Origin: Sedimentisphaerales bacterium
GTDB taxonomy: Bacteria; Planctomycetota; Phycisphaerae; Sedimentisphaerales; SM23-30
Length of the DNA stretch: 64,000 nucleotides
Direction of reading: 5' to 3'
NCBI GenBank assembly: GCA_963663805.2
Contig: CAXXMR010000003.1
Span: forward strand, 160,001 to 224,000
In this document: in pieces, positions 40,572 through 50,455 of the stretch
Layout: each line of letters begins with the position of its first letter
Numbering within the stretch: the stretch's first letter is position 1
Notes under the pieces: model-generated
Told to the model about the DNA's origin: nothing
Seen by the model: only the letters and a program-made list of their open reading frames with translations
The model's database searches: none
Translations under genes and position numbers: made by a program

Positions 40572-41441
40572 ATGAAGAAAATTATTTGTTTAATGGTAAT
40601 AAGTTGTTTTGTGTCGTCTGCAAACGCTGCTTTTAGTTTTAGCGATATCCCCAGTGGTAATTGGGCAGGCAGCGGAAGCAATCAGACGGGAATAATCATT
40701 CACTGGTCCGCGCCGGAATATTTCAATCTGGCCTATAGCTGGGGAGGTAGTACTCCGATGCCGGCCCCCAGCCAAGATATTTCGATGGCATGGGGCTATC
40801 GTTATGACGGTGAAGCAAATGTCAAAGATATGATGTTTGCTATCGCACAGGCCGATCCGCGACTATATCTGCACATTTACAACCAACCAACTCCGGGTTT
40901 GGCGACCCTGGGTATAGGTTATGATCTGGATGGTGATGGGTTCGGTTTGAGCGATGGGACCACGACGTATGGATCTAACGATTTTACTGATGGTGTTCTC
41001 AACGCTCATTCTATTACGGATGGTGATTACTATCTTTCGACTGATGATGATGATTTGTACTGGGGCGGCAATTACGGGGCGACTTGGGAATTGTGGCAGG
41101 AACAGAGCGGCAATGGTGGATTTTCTGCAGCTCCGGATCGAGGAAGTGAGGATTACTGGACCCCTAATGACATCTACTTTTCTACCGGTAGCCATGGTGA
41201 ATGGGATTATATTGCTGCCAATATCGGCATCTCCAGCCTGTCACTCGAAGATGGCTCATGGTTTGGCTGGTCCGTTGCTGCCGGTGGTTTAGATATGATG
41301 TTATTCGACGAGGGAACCATGGCCTGCCAAAACAACAAACAGGCACCGGTATTGCCGGTTCCCGAACCAGCAACGCTTGGCATGATAGTTCTTGGTGGGC
41401 TGAATTTGTTTGTTCGTAAAGATCGAAAGAAACATGGTTAA
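40572..41441 (+). CDS. PEP-CTERM surface protein (family shared with 42851)
   Basis: WAGSGSN..IIIHWS.PE.FNLAY, WGYRYDG, GIGYDLD.DG, LEDGSW.GWS; VPEP-TM-basic tail. Confidence 0.85.
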   Translation: MKKIICLMVISCFVSSANAAFSFSDIPSGNWAGSGSNQTGIIIHWSAPEYFNLAYSWGGSTPMPAPSQDISMAWGYRYDGEANVKDMMFAIAQADPRLYLHIYNQPTPGLATLGIGYDLDGDGFGLSDGTTTYGSNDFTDGVLNAHSITDGDYYLSTDDDDLYWGGNYGATWELWQEQSGNGGFSAAPDRGSEDYWTPNDIYFSTGSHGEWDYIAANIGISSLSLEDGSWFGWSVAAGGLDMMLFDEGTMACQNNKQAPVLPVPEPATLGMIVLGGLNLFVRKDRKKHG

Positions 41442-41525
41442 ATACATTTTGCCTTATTTGTTTGGCCCACTCTTGGTGGCTTGGGAAGACAAAGGCTGTT
41501 TCTTTATTATAAAAAGGAAAAAACT

Positions 41526-42821
41526 ATGTCTAAAAAAAAGATGGCCATTAGTTGTGCCGCTACATCTTTACTGATAATTACATCGATGTTGGCATGGCCT
41601 CAGATGGCTGTAGCAGAGGTGGTATTGGGACCAGATTCCCAGGTGTTCCCCTCGGTTTCTGCCGATTTTGACAACTTTGGCAGCACCGTTGCGATCAGGG
41701 GCAATTATGCAGTCATTGGTGCCAGCCGCGATGAGAGCAACAATAACATTGGTTGTGCTTATATCTTTCAGCAAGATGTTAACGGGGTATGGAGGCAGGC
41801 AGCCAGACTGTTGGCCTCTGATGGGGAACCCAATGACCGTTTTGGTTATTCCGCGGCAATCAGCGAGGATGGTAGTTATATAGTTATCGGTGGCTTTAAA
41901 ACGAACGCGGCTTACGTATTTCATCGTGACGGTGACAATTGGACAGAGACAGCCAAGCTGACTGCGGCAACGGGCAGTTGTTTCGGTGAAGGCGTAGCGA
42001 TAAGCGGAGAATACGTAATTATCGGCTCGCGAGGTGAAGATGGTCGTACCGGTGCAGCATATATTTTCCAACGCAACGGTGACACCTGGACGCAGATGGT
42101 AAGACTTACCGACCCGGATTGCAATATAAACGACTACTTCGGCGGGAGCGTAGCAATCAGTGGCGATTACGCTGTTGTCGGAGCACCTAACGACAGCGTT
42201 CCATATACTTACACCGGTTCGGTATGCTTCTTCCAGCGCAACGGGGCCATCTGGGAGCGGATGTGCAGATTGAAAGCATCTGATCCTGCGAAGGATGACA
42301 AATTCGGCTTCTCGGTCGCTATCGAAGGCGATTACGCCGTTGTCGGTTCAGTTGGTGATGACGATACGGCGGATTGGGGCGGGGCCTTATATGTTTTTCA
42401 TCGCAATGATACAGAGTGGATCGAGGTTGCCAAATTGACTGCTCCTGATGCCCATAACTCTGACGGCCTTGGCTGTTCCCTCTCGATCAGCGGCAACAAC
42501 ATTGTTGCCAGTACCCATGCCTTCACAAGCAGTTACGGTGCCGTGTACGTTTACCACCGTGCGGGTAACGAATGGGGGCTGTTAGAGAAGTTCAAGACTT
42601 CTGACTCCTCCAGTTGGCCTACAACTTACGCTGCTATTGACAGGGAGAAAATTCTCATTGGTATGCTTGGTAACAATACTAACGGAGAATACGCCGGGGC
42701 AGCGTATTTTACGACAGTTCCCTATCCTGATGGGGATGTTAACCTGGATTACCGTGTAGATTTCCTGGATTTTGCTGTTATGACGGAGAACTGGCTCGAA
42801 TGTACGCTGGATTGTGATTGA
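41526..42821 (+). CDS. FG-GAP repeat beta-propeller with C-terminal dockerin-like motif
   Basis: About 7 repeats D.FG.SVAI.G.YAVVGA...G.AY.F.R.G..W....L; GDVNLDYRVDFLDF...NWL. Confidence 0.85.
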   Translation: MSKKKMAISCAATSLLIITSMLAWPQMAVAEVVLGPDSQVFPSVSADFDNFGSTVAIRGNYAVIGASRDESNNNIGCAYIFQQDVNGVWRQAARLLASDGEPNDRFGYSAAISEDGSYIVIGGFKTNAAYVFHRDGDNWTETAKLTAATGSCFGEGVAISGEYVIIGSRGEDGRTGAAYIFQRNGDTWTQMVRLTDPDCNINDYFGGSVAISGDYAVVGAPNDSVPYTYTGSVCFFQRNGAIWERMCRLKASDPAKDDKFGFSVAIEGDYAVVGSVGDDDTADWGGALYVFHRNDTEWIEVAKLTAPDAHNSDGLGCSLSISGNNIVASTHAFTSSYGAVYVYHRAGNEWGLLEKFKTSDSSSWPTTYAAIDREKILIGMLGNNTNGEYAGAAYFTTVPYPDGDVNLDYRVDFLDFAVMTENWLECTLDCD

Positions 42822-42850
42822 GGATTAAGGCGTCAAATAAAGGGTAAATA

Positions 42851-43711
42851 ATGAAAAAACCGATTGTTTTAGTCTTTGTCTTTGTAACACTGGGAAGCAC
42901 TTTGCCTTCCTCGTGGGCTGACGCTATCTCAATGGATGATATTCAGTTCTGGACCGGAAGCGGCGACAATAGTGCTGCCATGATCGTACACTGGTCCGTG
43001 CCGGAAATCTTTAATCTTGCTTATACTGACGGAGAAACAACCCCAATGCCCTCTCCCATTCAGGATGTCACTATGGTATGGGGTTATCGATTTGACGGAA
43101 CCGTTAATGCTGAAAAGATGATGCTGGACATTGCCAGAGCTGACTCTCAATTGTATCTTTTTGCTGGCGGACAGCCGGGGCTGGGGGTCGCAATTTTCGG
43201 TATCGGTTACGATCTCGATAACGATGGATATGGATTGGCATGGAGCGAAGGCGAAACCTATACCAGTTCTGATTTCAGCAACGGATTCCTCGGAGGCCAG
43301 CCTTACGGTGACGCTGATATGTACTTGCCTACTGACCAAGACGATTTGTACTGGGGTGGCTGGTATGGACCGAATTGGGAATTGTGGCATGAAAGCGGCG
43401 GTGAAGGTGGATTCTTTATTGCGCCAGATAGCGGCCCAGATATCTACTGGACCGGTGATTTCTTTACTGGTGAGCATGGAGAATGGACATTCTCTCAGGT
43501 TGGTATATCCAGTATGAAGATTGAGGATGGATCGTGGGTAGGCTGGTCGATAGCGGCAGGCGGTCTTGATATGTATGCGTTACCGCCGGACGAAGGAACG
43601 TTAGCCTGGATAAATAATAAACAGGCTCCGGCTTTGCCGGTTCCTGAGCCGGCTGCAATTGTATTACTTGGTTTAAGTAGTTTAGCGTTAACAAGAAAAA
43701 ATTATAATTAA
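42851..43711 (+). CDS. PEP-CTERM surface protein, paralogue of 40572
   Basis: DDIQFWTGSGDN..VHWS.PE.FNLAY, WGYRFDG, DDLYWGG.YG..WELW, IEDGSWVGWS.AAGGLDM; VPEP tail. Confidence 0.85.
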   Translation: MKKPIVLVFVFVTLGSTLPSSWADAISMDDIQFWTGSGDNSAAMIVHWSVPEIFNLAYTDGETTPMPSPIQDVTMVWGYRFDGTVNAEKMMLDIARADSQLYLFAGGQPGLGVAIFGIGYDLDNDGYGLAWSEGETYTSSDFSNGFLGGQPYGDADMYLPTDQDDLYWGGWYGPNWELWHESGGEGGFFIAPDSGPDIYWTGDFFTGEHGEWTFSQVGISSMKIEDGSWVGWSIAAGGLDMYALPPDEGTLAWINNKQAPALPVPEPAAIVLLGLSSLALTRKNYN

Positions 43712-43723
43712 GGAAATAGTTAA

Positions 43724-45097
43724 ATGAAAAATTTAGTTACATTAATTCTGGTATTGATATGTGCATCTTTCTCTTGGGCCCAGGTAGATAATAACTGGTC
43801 CCAGTTTCATTCTGGTAATGATTTTGCCGGAGCGACAACGACGGGGCCTGATCTTGGGGTTTATAGCACTCCTCGTTTTCAAGTCGGCAGCGATCTAGGG
43901 GCCGGATTCATGGGTGCCAGTGCTTCTGCGCCTGTCGTGATGAATAATATGGTTTATTGTTATTCCGCCAGCGGCGCAGTTAACGCATTCAGCGAACTTG
44001 ACGGCAGTCAGTTATGGACATCACCGGTAGCAGAAGCCTCGTTTGGTTCATGGTCATCGCCATCAGCAGATTCGGCCAGTAACTCTGTTTTCATGGGTTC
44101 TGGAGAGTACGTATACTGCCTTGATGCCGATACCGGCGTCGAAAAATGGAGCTATCATCTCAGCACCATGGGCAGCCATGGTGAAACTTACGCCAGTGTT
44201 GTGAATGCTTCTGTTTCGATTGTGCCGGACCTGGGCCTTAACGGAGAAGGGCTGGCGTATATGCACACTTATGGTAGTTTCGGTGGTGGTACAAGACTTC
44301 ACGCGATCAATGTTGCTGACGGTAGTCAAGCCTGGACTCTCGACCTGACAGGTCAGGGGCAGGGAGCGGTAGCCTACAATTCAGCCGAGAATCTGGTTTA
44401 TACAACGGTAGGTACCGAAGGTGGCTGGGCGTCGGGCCGGGGCGGCATAGTTGCTATCGACGCATCAACCGGAATAATTAATGTAGGTTGGGGCAATAAC
44501 GGATACAGCGTTGGTTCTTTCGAGCCTTTGAGCTTTGGCGGAATCACTTATGACAGTGTTAATGACCGGGTAATCGCCGGCGGTTATGACTTTTATGATT
44601 ACGCCGGTATGCTTGTTGCAGACGGTTCCGACGGTTCGACCATTTCCTATACAGGCGATAATGGGGCCCCTTCAGGCGACTATACGCCCACGCTCGGCGA
44701 TGACGATCTGGTCTATGCCTGTGGGGCAGAATTTCAGGATGGCCCGTTCGTATTTGCTTATAATACCGTGACCGGACAGGAAGTCTGGAAATCGGCACAG
44801 GGCTGGGGCGGCTGGAATCAATCGCTGGCTTACGCACTCGACATGGGTGACGGCACTGATGTAATCTACGCATCCGACCAGTATGGAACTAAAATCGGGA
44901 TGTTTGATGCTGATACCGGAGCACTCTTGGAGACCATAGATGGTTATGGAGGTCAGTTTGCTTTAGCCAACGAAAATCTTTATACAATTTCTGGTGGACA
45001 GTTAGTAGCTTTTGGTCCGAATGTGGTTCCTGAGCCCGCTACGATGACTTTGCTGGGTTTAGGCGTTATCACTATGTTACGTAGAAAACGTGCTTAA
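43724..45097 (+). CDS. PEP-CTERM protein with PQQ-like beta-propeller repeats
   Basis: WSQFH, repeats AFSELDGSQLW, CLDADTGVEKW, AINVADGSQAW, AYNTVTGQEVW; VPEP-TM-RRKRA. Confidence 0.88.
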   Translation: MKNLVTLILVLICASFSWAQVDNNWSQFHSGNDFAGATTTGPDLGVYSTPRFQVGSDLGAGFMGASASAPVVMNNMVYCYSASGAVNAFSELDGSQLWTSPVAEASFGSWSSPSADSASNSVFMGSGEYVYCLDADTGVEKWSYHLSTMGSHGETYASVVNASVSIVPDLGLNGEGLAYMHTYGSFGGGTRLHAINVADGSQAWTLDLTGQGQGAVAYNSAENLVYTTVGTEGGWASGRGGIVAIDASTGIINVGWGNNGYSVGSFEPLSFGGITYDSVNDRVIAGGYDFYDYAGMLVADGSDGSTISYTGDNGAPSGDYTPTLGDDDLVYACGAEFQDGPFVFAYNTVTGQEVWKSAQGWGGWNQSLAYALDMGDGTDVIYASDQYGTKIGMFDADTGALLETIDGYGGQFALANENLYTISGGQLVAFGPNVVPEPATMTLLGLGVITMLRRKRA

Positions 45098-45195
45098 TTA
45101 ATTTTGAGGCCCGGTCGCAACCGCAAAATCAGTATCTGTAAATGTAGATGTAGATTAGAAAATAAAGATTTCGACAAGTTAAAATGGAGATCATT

Positions 45196-46827
45196 ATGCG
45201 ATTAACTATTTTTTCAGTATTTACTGTTTTTGTGGTGGCGATCGGTCCTGGGGCGCATGAGACTCATGCGTCTGACATCTGGGCGGATCATATTGTTTAT
45301 AACTGGGACGGTTCAACCGCGACGCATGCTCCCGGCAGTAATGACAACATGACTCACGGTCCATTTCATTCCAGTGCGCTCTGGAGTGATCCCAACGCGA
45401 TACTGGGTAAGCCCTGTACACTGGACAGGGACGATACGGAATGGGACGGAGGCAATTTCCGTGAGATCAACATGGTCTGGCCAGCATGGTACAATGGTGT
45501 TAGTGATTACAATCTGGATGGCACACACTATACGGATGGTTACCCCGAATTAACCCGTAACAACGGATGCGGACTGAAGAAAAGCGGCTCAGAAATCGGG
45601 CAGATTGTAGTCGAATTTGATGAAGTTATCGAAAACGATTCGCACAACCCTTACGGGATCGATTTCATTGTTCATGGCAATCCGTTCTTTGCCACAGGCA
45701 TTTATGTTTATGAAGATTCAGACATGAACACATATACGCTGACGGCTTTTGGTGGAGGCGGTGAATTTCCGCCCAGCGGAGCCGGTGCGGTCTTTTCGGA
45801 ACCTATAACAATAAGCGTTGCTCAGTCGCTTGACGGCCCGTGGTATACTTTTACTGATGCTCCGGGTGATGTGGTAGTCACTGCCGACAATTATTTTCCG
45901 ACCCAGCCGTATAAATGGGACAGCAGTAATCATTGCTGGATTGGCGAAGAACTCGACTGGACCAAACCGGTCAATCCCTGGATTGTCAATTATTTCGGTA
46001 ATGAGACAGTAGCGGATGCCATCAGGCTGTACGCCGGCTCCGCGGGTGGAACTCCTTTTGATCTGGACTGGCTTTCAGACCAGTACGGCAATCCTGTCGG
46101 CCTGGAATGGATAAAGTACATCAAATTCAGTGACCCGGATAATTATCAGGGCGAGATATGTGCCGCCGCGGACGTAGCCCCGGTAAAACTCGGTGATCAG
46201 ATGTCGGTTACACCCTTCAATCTGGAGGTCGGTATAAGCCAGCTGGACTTTGTTGATCCTGAAAATGAATCAGCCAAACTTGCTGAAATTCTCGTTGTTG
46301 ACACTGAGCAAGCCCTGGCATTTCAAGTAACCGCCATAGATGATCTTTCGAATTATGCCGAGGCCCCACCCCAGCCGTTGGCAGCCTATAATGTGACGGC
46401 GATAGTAATCTTGAGCCCTTTTACCCAGGCGGCGGCAGTTGCGGATTTAAGTTTTTATGTTGGAGATACCTATAATGGTGACGGCAGTGATCTGGCGATT
46501 TATCAATGGATTGATGAGAGCTGGACGGTGCTGATGCCCTCAGGCTATGATACCTTCGGCAAATTGCTTAGTGTGACTGATGTTGATGTGTTTGAGGTTT
46601 TTGTTATCGCTGAAACCCTGATTTCGCCCGAAGGTGATATTAATCAAGATTACCGGGTAGATATGCGGGACTTTGTATTTCTGGAGCGATTTTGGCTCAT
46701 GGACATAACCAATGAACCTGACGAATTGGCACAAAGAACAGATTTAGCCGAAGATGGTTTTATTAATATTATGGATATGGCTGTTTTGGTGGATAACTGG
46801 CTTAAATGTACTTCTAATTGTAAGTGA
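45196..46827 (+). CDS. Secreted protein: paralogue of the 39604 passenger + linker + dockerin-like pair
   Basis: DP.A.LGKP, QIVVEFD..END..NPYGIDF.V.GN.F, D.TKPVNP, ADAI.LY.GS.GGT.FDL, EWI.YIK; GDINQDYRVD..FWL / DLAEDGFIN..NWL. Confidence 0.82.
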   Translation: MRLTIFSVFTVFVVAIGPGAHETHASDIWADHIVYNWDGSTATHAPGSNDNMTHGPFHSSALWSDPNAILGKPCTLDRDDTEWDGGNFREINMVWPAWYNGVSDYNLDGTHYTDGYPELTRNNGCGLKKSGSEIGQIVVEFDEVIENDSHNPYGIDFIVHGNPFFATGIYVYEDSDMNTYTLTAFGGGGEFPPSGAGAVFSEPITISVAQSLDGPWYTFTDAPGDVVVTADNYFPTQPYKWDSSNHCWIGEELDWTKPVNPWIVNYFGNETVADAIRLYAGSAGGTPFDLDWLSDQYGNPVGLEWIKYIKFSDPDNYQGEICAAADVAPVKLGDQMSVTPFNLEVGISQLDFVDPENESAKLAEILVVDTEQALAFQVTAIDDLSNYAEAPPQPLAAYNVTAIVILSPFTQAAAVADLSFYVGDTYNGDGSDLAIYQWIDESWTVLMPSGYDTFGKLLSVTDVDVFEVFVIAETLISPEGDINQDYRVDMRDFVFLERFWLMDITNEPDELAQRTDLAEDGFINIMDMAVLVDNWLKCTSNCK

Positions 46828-47600
46828 AACAAAAACCCGGATTTACATTAATAGAACTACTGGTGGTGATAGCCATCATAGCTTTGCTGGTATCAATCCT
46901 GCTGCCGGCCCTGGGGCGTGCTAGAGCTGCAGGCAAGCAAATTGTTTGCCTTAGTAATGTACGTCAGATGTGCCTGGGAGTTCAAACATATCTGGTTAAT
47001 AACAATGATTTTTTCCCGCCCGCTGCGAGGGATACATTTGGAATGCCAGGCAGCGTTCAATACGCCTGGGATTTCATTCGCGAATGGAATCATCTAGCTA
47101 ATACCTGGGATTATAAGCCTGGGCTGATTTGGGAAGGTCAGGGTAATGTTGAGATTCAGCAGTGCCCGGCCTTTACCGGACCAGCCATGTGGGAAGGGGA
47201 TAAATATACCGGCTACAACTACAACACCAGCTATATTGGCTGGGCCGAACCAGTGGGAGGATGGTCAGCGTTAGATTATATACCAACCGCACGCATAACG
47301 GATATCAGGCAGCCTGATAAGTGTGCTGTTTTTGGTGACGGGCAATATGGAAAAAACCAGGCTAATAAGTTTATGCGGGCCCCCTGGGAAAATGAGCGGG
47401 AAAAGGATATCAGCAATTCAACGCGTTATGCCGGAACCCAGGGTTTTCGACACCTCGAGAGCACCAACGTTGGTTTTGCTGATGGGCATTGTCAGTCATT
47501 GAAAGACAGGCATACCAATACCTACAGCTTCATCCAGGGTTATATCAGCAGCGATTGCGGCTTCCTCTCAGAAGATAATTCCCTGTATGATCTCAAATGA
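46824..47600 (+). CDS. Prepilin-type DUF1559/H-X9-DG protein (B12 locus)
   Basis: [53 protein letters not shown]. Confidence 0.93.
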   Translation: MKQKPGFTLIELLVVIAIIALLVSILLPALGRARAAGKQIVCLSNVRQMCLGVQTYLVNNNDFFPPAARDTFGMPGSVQYAWDFIREWNHLANTWDYKPGLIWEGQGNVEIQQCPAFTGPAMWEGDKYTGYNYNTSYIGWAEPVGGWSALDYIPTARITDIRQPDKCAVFGDGQYGKNQANKFMRAPWENEREKDISNSTRYAGTQGFRHLESTNVGFADGHCQSLKDRHTNTYSFIQGYISSDCGFLSEDNSLYDLK

Positions 47601-47743
47601 CTCAGCCGGCCAGTGTTTTTATAAACTTTGTCATGGAAGGAACGTGAACTATATAACTGAATTGTGTTAGAAATTTATCTCTTTTAATGGTAATATTACT
47701 GCCGAGATGCCATTTTGCAAAAGTTTAGTTGAAGGTTGAATAG

Positions 47744-48754
47744 ATGCTGACTGCAGACGAAATACATGATCACCTGAATAATCTCACAAAACCAAAGGGA
47801 AGCCTGGGGCAACTTGAAATGCTTGCCGCCAAATTAAGCTTATGTCAACAGACACTCAAGCCTAGAACCAAGCCTCGAAGTATCGTAATATTCGCTGCTG
47901 ACCATGGAGTAGTTACAGAGGGTATTTCCGCTTGGCCCGCTGAAGTTACGGCATTAATGATTACCAACATTTTAAGCGGGGGTGCCGCGAGTAGCGTATT
48001 AGCGAAATCTACTAAAACAGAACTACGGCTTGTCGATGTTGGCTCGTATGGCTTACCTGAGAACGAAAGTGACAATTACCGATGCGTAAAAATTGCATGC
48101 GGCACAGCCAATCTGTCAAAAAAACCATCTATGACTAAAGAGCAATTTAAACAAGCGGCCTTAGTTGGCAGAGCTGAAGCCGAAATAGCCGTTGGAAAAG
48201 GAGCCAGGATACTGGCCGCTGGAGAAATGGGAATTGGCAACACAACATCCGCATCTTGTATAACATCCCTGTTATGTGATGCGGCCCCAGAATCCGTTAT
48301 TGGTTCGGGAGCAGGTGCTGACGAGGTAATACTGTCTCGAAAAAGGGATATTGTTTATGACGCGGTACAACGATTACGAAATAAAAGCAATAATGATTTT
48401 ATTGAAGACATTTCCAGTATATGCGGCTTCGAAATCGCCGCTATGGCAGGTTTCTATTGCAAGGCGTTTGAGCTTAAAAGAGTTATGATAATTGATGGTT
48501 TTATCTCTACGGCAGCAGCGTTAATCGCCGAGAAGATAAGTCCGGGCTGTTGTGGTTATATGATTGCATCGCATTGCTCCGCGGAACCAGGCCATAAGAT
48601 TCTGTTGAAAAAGCTGAAATTAGCGCCGCTTCTCAATTGGTCAATGCACTTAGGAGAGGGAACCGGTGCCTTGCTGGCCATGCCCTTGATAGATGCCGCC
48701 GCCAATATTACGTCAAAAATGGCAACGTTTGAATCTGCGGGGATAAAGCGATGA
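47744..48754 (+). CDS. cobT: Nicotinate-nucleotide--dimethylbenzimidazole phosphoribosyltransferase
   Basis: LTKPKGSLGQLE, FAADHGV, GEMGIGNTT, DGFIS, LGEGTGA, MATF. Confidence 0.95.
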   Translation: MLTADEIHDHLNNLTKPKGSLGQLEMLAAKLSLCQQTLKPRTKPRSIVIFAADHGVVTEGISAWPAEVTALMITNILSGGAASSVLAKSTKTELRLVDVGSYGLPENESDNYRCVKIACGTANLSKKPSMTKEQFKQAALVGRAEAEIAVGKGARILAAGEMGIGNTTSASCITSLLCDAAPESVIGSGAGADEVILSRKRDIVYDAVQRLRNKSNNDFIEDISSICGFEIAAMAGFYCKAFELKRVMIIDGFISTAAALIAEKISPGCCGYMIASHCSAEPGHKILLKKLKLAPLLNWSMHLGEGTGALLAMPLIDAAANITSKMATFESAGIKR

Positions 48755-49530
48755 ATAAATATCTAATACTGCCTTTTTTAACGACGGTACAATTTCTGAC
48801 CCGCATACCCGTTCCAAATGGAAACAATCCTTCAGATCCGAAAGTGTTTCAGCGGGTTGTATTGTTTATGCCGCTGGTCGGAATGCTGGTAGGATTGATT
48901 ACTGCCGGTGTTTTTGTGCTGTGCCAGTTTTTCTTTAATGCTTTATTGGCCGCGACCATTGCAATTGCTGTGGAGCTATTGGTCACGGGTGCGTTTCATG
49001 AAGACGCGGTAGCGGATTACTTTGACGCGTTTGGCGGCGGCTGGACAAAAGATGATATTTTGAGAATACTAAAGGACAGCCGAATAGGCAGTTACGGGGC
49101 GACGTCCCTTATTATGGCCCTGATTTTACGGATTCTGACAATAGCTTGTCTTGATGGAATTCTGTTCCAGATAGTTGTGATTACTGCCTCAGCCTCTATT
49201 GGACGGCTTGCTACCGTTATTTCAGTTGGAATTTTAAAGCCATTAGAATCCAGAGAAGGTCTTGCCAAAGAAGCCGGCCATAATGCTAAAATATCGGATG
49301 TCATCATCGCAGCCTTATTGATTTTACCCGTATTTGTTATTTGGGGATATTTAACGCCAATTAAAATGCTGATATCGCTGGTTGTTATTGCGGTTTTGTT
49401 GGCAATCGTATTACGAAAAATAAACAAACTTATCGGAGGCATTACAGGCGACTGCCTTGGTATGATTTGCTACATGGCCCAAATAATTGTTTTGTTAGTC
49501 TCCGCGGCAGACTGGAGGGGATTGGATTGA
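48751..49530 (+). CDS. cobS: Adenosylcobinamide-GDP ribazoletransferase (cobalamin synthase)
   Basis: FLTRIP, TGAFHED..AD..D, ILKDSRIG.YG, GGITGDCLG. Confidence 0.95.
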   Translation: MNKYLILPFLTTVQFLTRIPVPNGNNPSDPKVFQRVVLFMPLVGMLVGLITAGVFVLCQFFFNALLAATIAIAVELLVTGAFHEDAVADYFDAFGGGWTKDDILRILKDSRIGSYGATSLIMALILRILTIACLDGILFQIVVITASASIGRLATVISVGILKPLESREGLAKEAGHNAKISDVIIAALLILPVFVIWGYLTPIKMLISLVVIAVLLAIVLRKINKLIGGITGDCLGMICYMAQIIVLLVSAADWRGLD

Positions 49531-50093
49531 AACGCACACTTATTCTCATACGTCATGGCCAGATACAGGACAAATATCAAGGCTTGTGTTATGGTGCAAG
49601 CGATATCGAACTGAGCGAAATCGGCCAGAGACAGAGCGTCGAGGCTGCTGAACAAGTCGGTAAGTATCTAATCGACACAATATATCACAGCGATCTTAAA
49701 CGCACTATCTTTATGGCGAAACTTTTGGCGACTAAATCGAACGCCAAAATCAGCGCAGACATTCGCCTCAGAGAGAGGAATTTTGGTACGTGGGAACTTA
49801 AAAAGTGGGACAGCATTTATGCTGAGAACGGAAATAAGATTGACGGTGTGTTTGAAAATCCCGATTCGTTTGCTCCGCCGGAGGGAGAGACAACTTATGC
49901 TTTCCGCAATCGAATCATGACGTGGTACAAGGATATTCCAGAAGAAGGAATTTTCGCGGTAATTGCCCACGGAGGAACCATTGCCGCTTTGCTGGGAACA
50001 CTGAAAAAACTTTCCGTTAAACAATGGCTTGATTTGATTCCCCAATATGGTGAGCATGTTATTTATTCAGAGGATAAGAAAGTGCCAAAATGA
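49527..50093 (+). CDS. cobC: Alpha-ribazole phosphatase / histidine phosphatase
   Basis: LIRHG, SDL.R, LRERNFG.WE, GE, AHGG; TTG start after GGAGGGG overlapping the cobS stop. Confidence 0.85.
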   Translation: MKRTLILIRHGQIQDKYQGLCYGASDIELSEIGQRQSVEAAEQVGKYLIDTIYHSDLKRTIFMAKLLATKSNAKISADIRLRERNFGTWELKKWDSIYAENGNKIDGVFENPDSFAPPEGETTYAFRNRIMTWYKDIPEEGIFAVIAHGGTIAALLGTLKKLSVKQWLDLIPQYGEHVIYSEDKKVPK

Positions 50094-50455
50094 AAAAATA
50101 CAGCATTGTTTTATTAGTTGCCATATGCCTTAGTATTTGCCTTGTTGGTTTTTTTTCGACTAATTATAACCTACCTCCCTTAGAACAGAATCAAGTAGTC
50201 CCCAGCAGGGTTATCTCGATAAACCCGGCAGCTACTGAAATCATTTTTGAGCTTGGTTGTGATGATAAACTCATCGCCATCAGCGATTTCTGCAATTATC
50301 CCCTTAAGACGAAAAATATGGATAAGGTTGGCGGTATTATTAATCCTAATTTCGAGCGTATAAGTATCCTCAAGCCAGATTTGATAATCATCCAGGGCAA
50401 ATGTGAAGATATAACAAAATTTTGTAACCACAAGGGTATTAAATATATAAATATC

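Noticed and set aside
41660..42720. Periodic repeats in 41.6-42.7 kb and 12.6-13.7 kb considered as a possible CRISPR or DNA repeat array
   Set aside because: Repeats are degenerate at DNA level and correspond to propeller blades in protein; no constant repeat-spacer pattern and no cas genes
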